Shown one piece after another: positions 62,201 through 64,000 of a DNA stretch of 64,000 bases. The stretch comes from the human T2T-CHM13v2.0 reference genome, Homo sapiens: the NCBI RefSeq assembly GCF_009914755.1, contig NC_060927.1; one strand, 5' to 3'. The notes below the pieces were generated by a model. That model was not told the origin of the DNA. It worked only from the letters and a program-made list of their open reading frames with translations, and searched no databases. The translations under genes and the position numbers were made by a program. Positions within the stretch are counted from its first letter, which is position 1. Each line of letters starts with the position of its first letter.

Positions 62201-64000
62201 ATATACTGTATATAAAATATGAAAGTACATCAAATATATATTTTATTCTGTACATAAAATATCAAAGTACACCAGATATATATTCTATAGTGTACATAAA
62301 ATATCAAAGTACCCAAACTATACATTATATACTGTACATAAAATATGAAATTACATCAAATATATATTATATTAGGTACATAAAATACGAAAGTACATCA
62401 AATATAGATTATATACTGTACATAAAATATGAAAGTACCCCAATATATATTATATACTCTACATGAAATATCAAAGTTCACAAACTATATATTATGTACT
62501 GTACATAAAATATCAAACTACCCAAGGTATATATTCTATACTGTACAAAAAATATCAAAGTACCCAAAGCATGTATTATATAATGTACATAAAATATGAA
62601 AGTACATCAAATATATATTTTATTCTGTACATAAAATATCAAAGAACACCAGATATATATTCTATAGTGTACATAAAATATCAAAGTACCCAAACTATAC
62701 ATTATATACTGTACATAAAATATGAAATTACATCAAATATATATTATATTAGGTACATAAAATACGAAAGTACATCAAATATAGATTATATACTGTAAAT
62801 ATAATATCAATGTACCCCAAATATATATTTTATACTCTACATGAAATATCAAAGTTCACAAACCATATATTATATACTGTACATAAAATATCAAAGTACC
62901 CAAGGTATATATTCTATACTGTACAAAAAATATCAAAGTACCCAAAGCATGTATTATATACTATACCTAAAATATGAAATTACATCAAATATATATTTTA
63001 TTCTGTACATAAAATTTCAAAGTACACCAGATATATATTCTACAGTGTACATAAAATATCAAAGTACCCAAACTATACATTATATACTGTACATAAAATA
63101 TGAAATTACATCAAATATATATTATATTAGGTACATAAAATACGAAAGTACATCAAATATAGATTATATACTGTACATAAAATATCAAAGTACCCCAATA
63201 TATATTATATACTGTACATGAAATATCAAAGTTCACAAACTATATATTATGTACTGTACATAAAATATCAAAGTACCCAAGGTATATATTCTATACTGAA
63301 CAAAAAATATCAAAGTACCCAAAGCATGTATTATATAATGTACATAAAATATGAAAGTACATCAAATATATATTTTATTCTGTACATAAAATATCAAAGT
63401 ACACCAGATATATATTCTATAGCGTACATAAAATATCAAAGTACACAAACTATACATTATATACTGTACATAAAATATGAAATTACATCAAATATATATT
63501 ATATTAGGTAAATGAAATATGAAAGTACATCAAATATAGATTATATACTGTACATAAAATATGAAAGTACCCCAAATATATATTATATACTCTACATGAA
63601 ATATCAAAGTTCACAAACTATATATTATATACTGTACATAAAATATCAAAGTACCCAAGGTATATATTCTATACTGTACAAAAAATATCAAAGTATCCAA
63701 AGCATGTATTATATACTGTATATAAAATATGAAAGTACATCAAATATATATTTTATTCTGTACATAAAATATCAAAGTACACCACATATATATATTCTAT
63801 AGCGTACATAAAATATCAAAGTACACAAACTATACATTATATACTGTACATAAAATATGAAATTACATCAAATATATATTATATTAGGTACATAAAATAT
63901 GAAAGTACATCAAATATAGATTATATACTGTAAATATAATATCAATGTACCCCAAATATATATTTTATACTCTACATGAAATATCAAAGTTCACAAACCA

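Larger units (their letters stand above)
1..64000 (+). repeat. HSat1A (human satellite I / SAR) tandem array, 42-bp monomer, ~1500 monomers, extending beyond both window edges
   Basis: Continuous 42-bp periodicity. Consensus GTACATAAAATATCAAAGTACCCAAACTATATATTATATACT has two GTAC sites giving alternating 17- and 25-bp units, the classical RsaI definition of satellite I. Consensus composition A20 T13 C7 G2 (~79% AT). Family assignment is from recognition of the consensus, not a database search. Confidence 0.96.

Noticed and set aside
80-63802. The many predicted ORFs as real protein-coding genes
   Set aside because: They are translations of the 42-bp satellite monomer, broken by recurrent stops and frameshifts, with no unique sequence, domain or gene structure.
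1-64000. CRISPR array (conserved TGTACATAAAATAT.AAAGTAC 'repeat' with variable 'spacers')
   Set aside because: The variable parts are homologous to each other and cycle with period nine. There are no unique spacers, leader or cas genes.
1-64000. Alpha satellite / CENP-B boxes, HSat2/3 or HSat1B
   Set aside because: No 171-bp period, no CENP-B box motif, no CATTC repeats and no Alu-derived or GC-rich segment. The ~2.4-kb period at 11.3-16.1 kb is a local duplication, not the HSat1B unit.
1-64000. Inversion or transposon insertion within the array
   Set aside because: Every line read shows the same A-rich orientation and monomer register, and the ORF track is + strand only. No foreign sequence was seen, though a very short insertion could be missed by eye.

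Overview
The whole 64 kb window is one uninterrupted, single-orientation tandem satellite array. The monomer is 42 bp and about 79% AT (consensus GTACATAAAATATCAAA-GTACCCAAACTATATATTATATACT, i.e. 17+25 bp between two GTAC/RsaI sites). Monomers are organised into a 9-monomer, 378-bp higher-order repeat (HOR). This matches what is known of human classical satellite HSat1A (satellite I / SAR), found pericentromerically and on acrocentric short arms; the chromosome cannot be determined here. I see no genes, RNA genes, transposon insertions, inversions or CRISPR arrays. All listed ORFs are by-products of a 42-bp (14-codon) repeat with one stop-poor frame. Private SNVs and indels reveal internal structure: 13-mer and 14-mer HOR variants, nested tandem duplications (751, 1338, 1506, 2419, 2849, ~3210 bp) and long-range block duplications (offsets 8495, 9467/10973, 22552/22174, 34890 bp). 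The most speculative functional observation is that the + strand carries a perfect Pumilio response element (UGUANAUA) at about 6 of 9 monomers and the - strand essentially none. All offsets were read by eye from marker variants and the ORF track; block boundaries are approximate.
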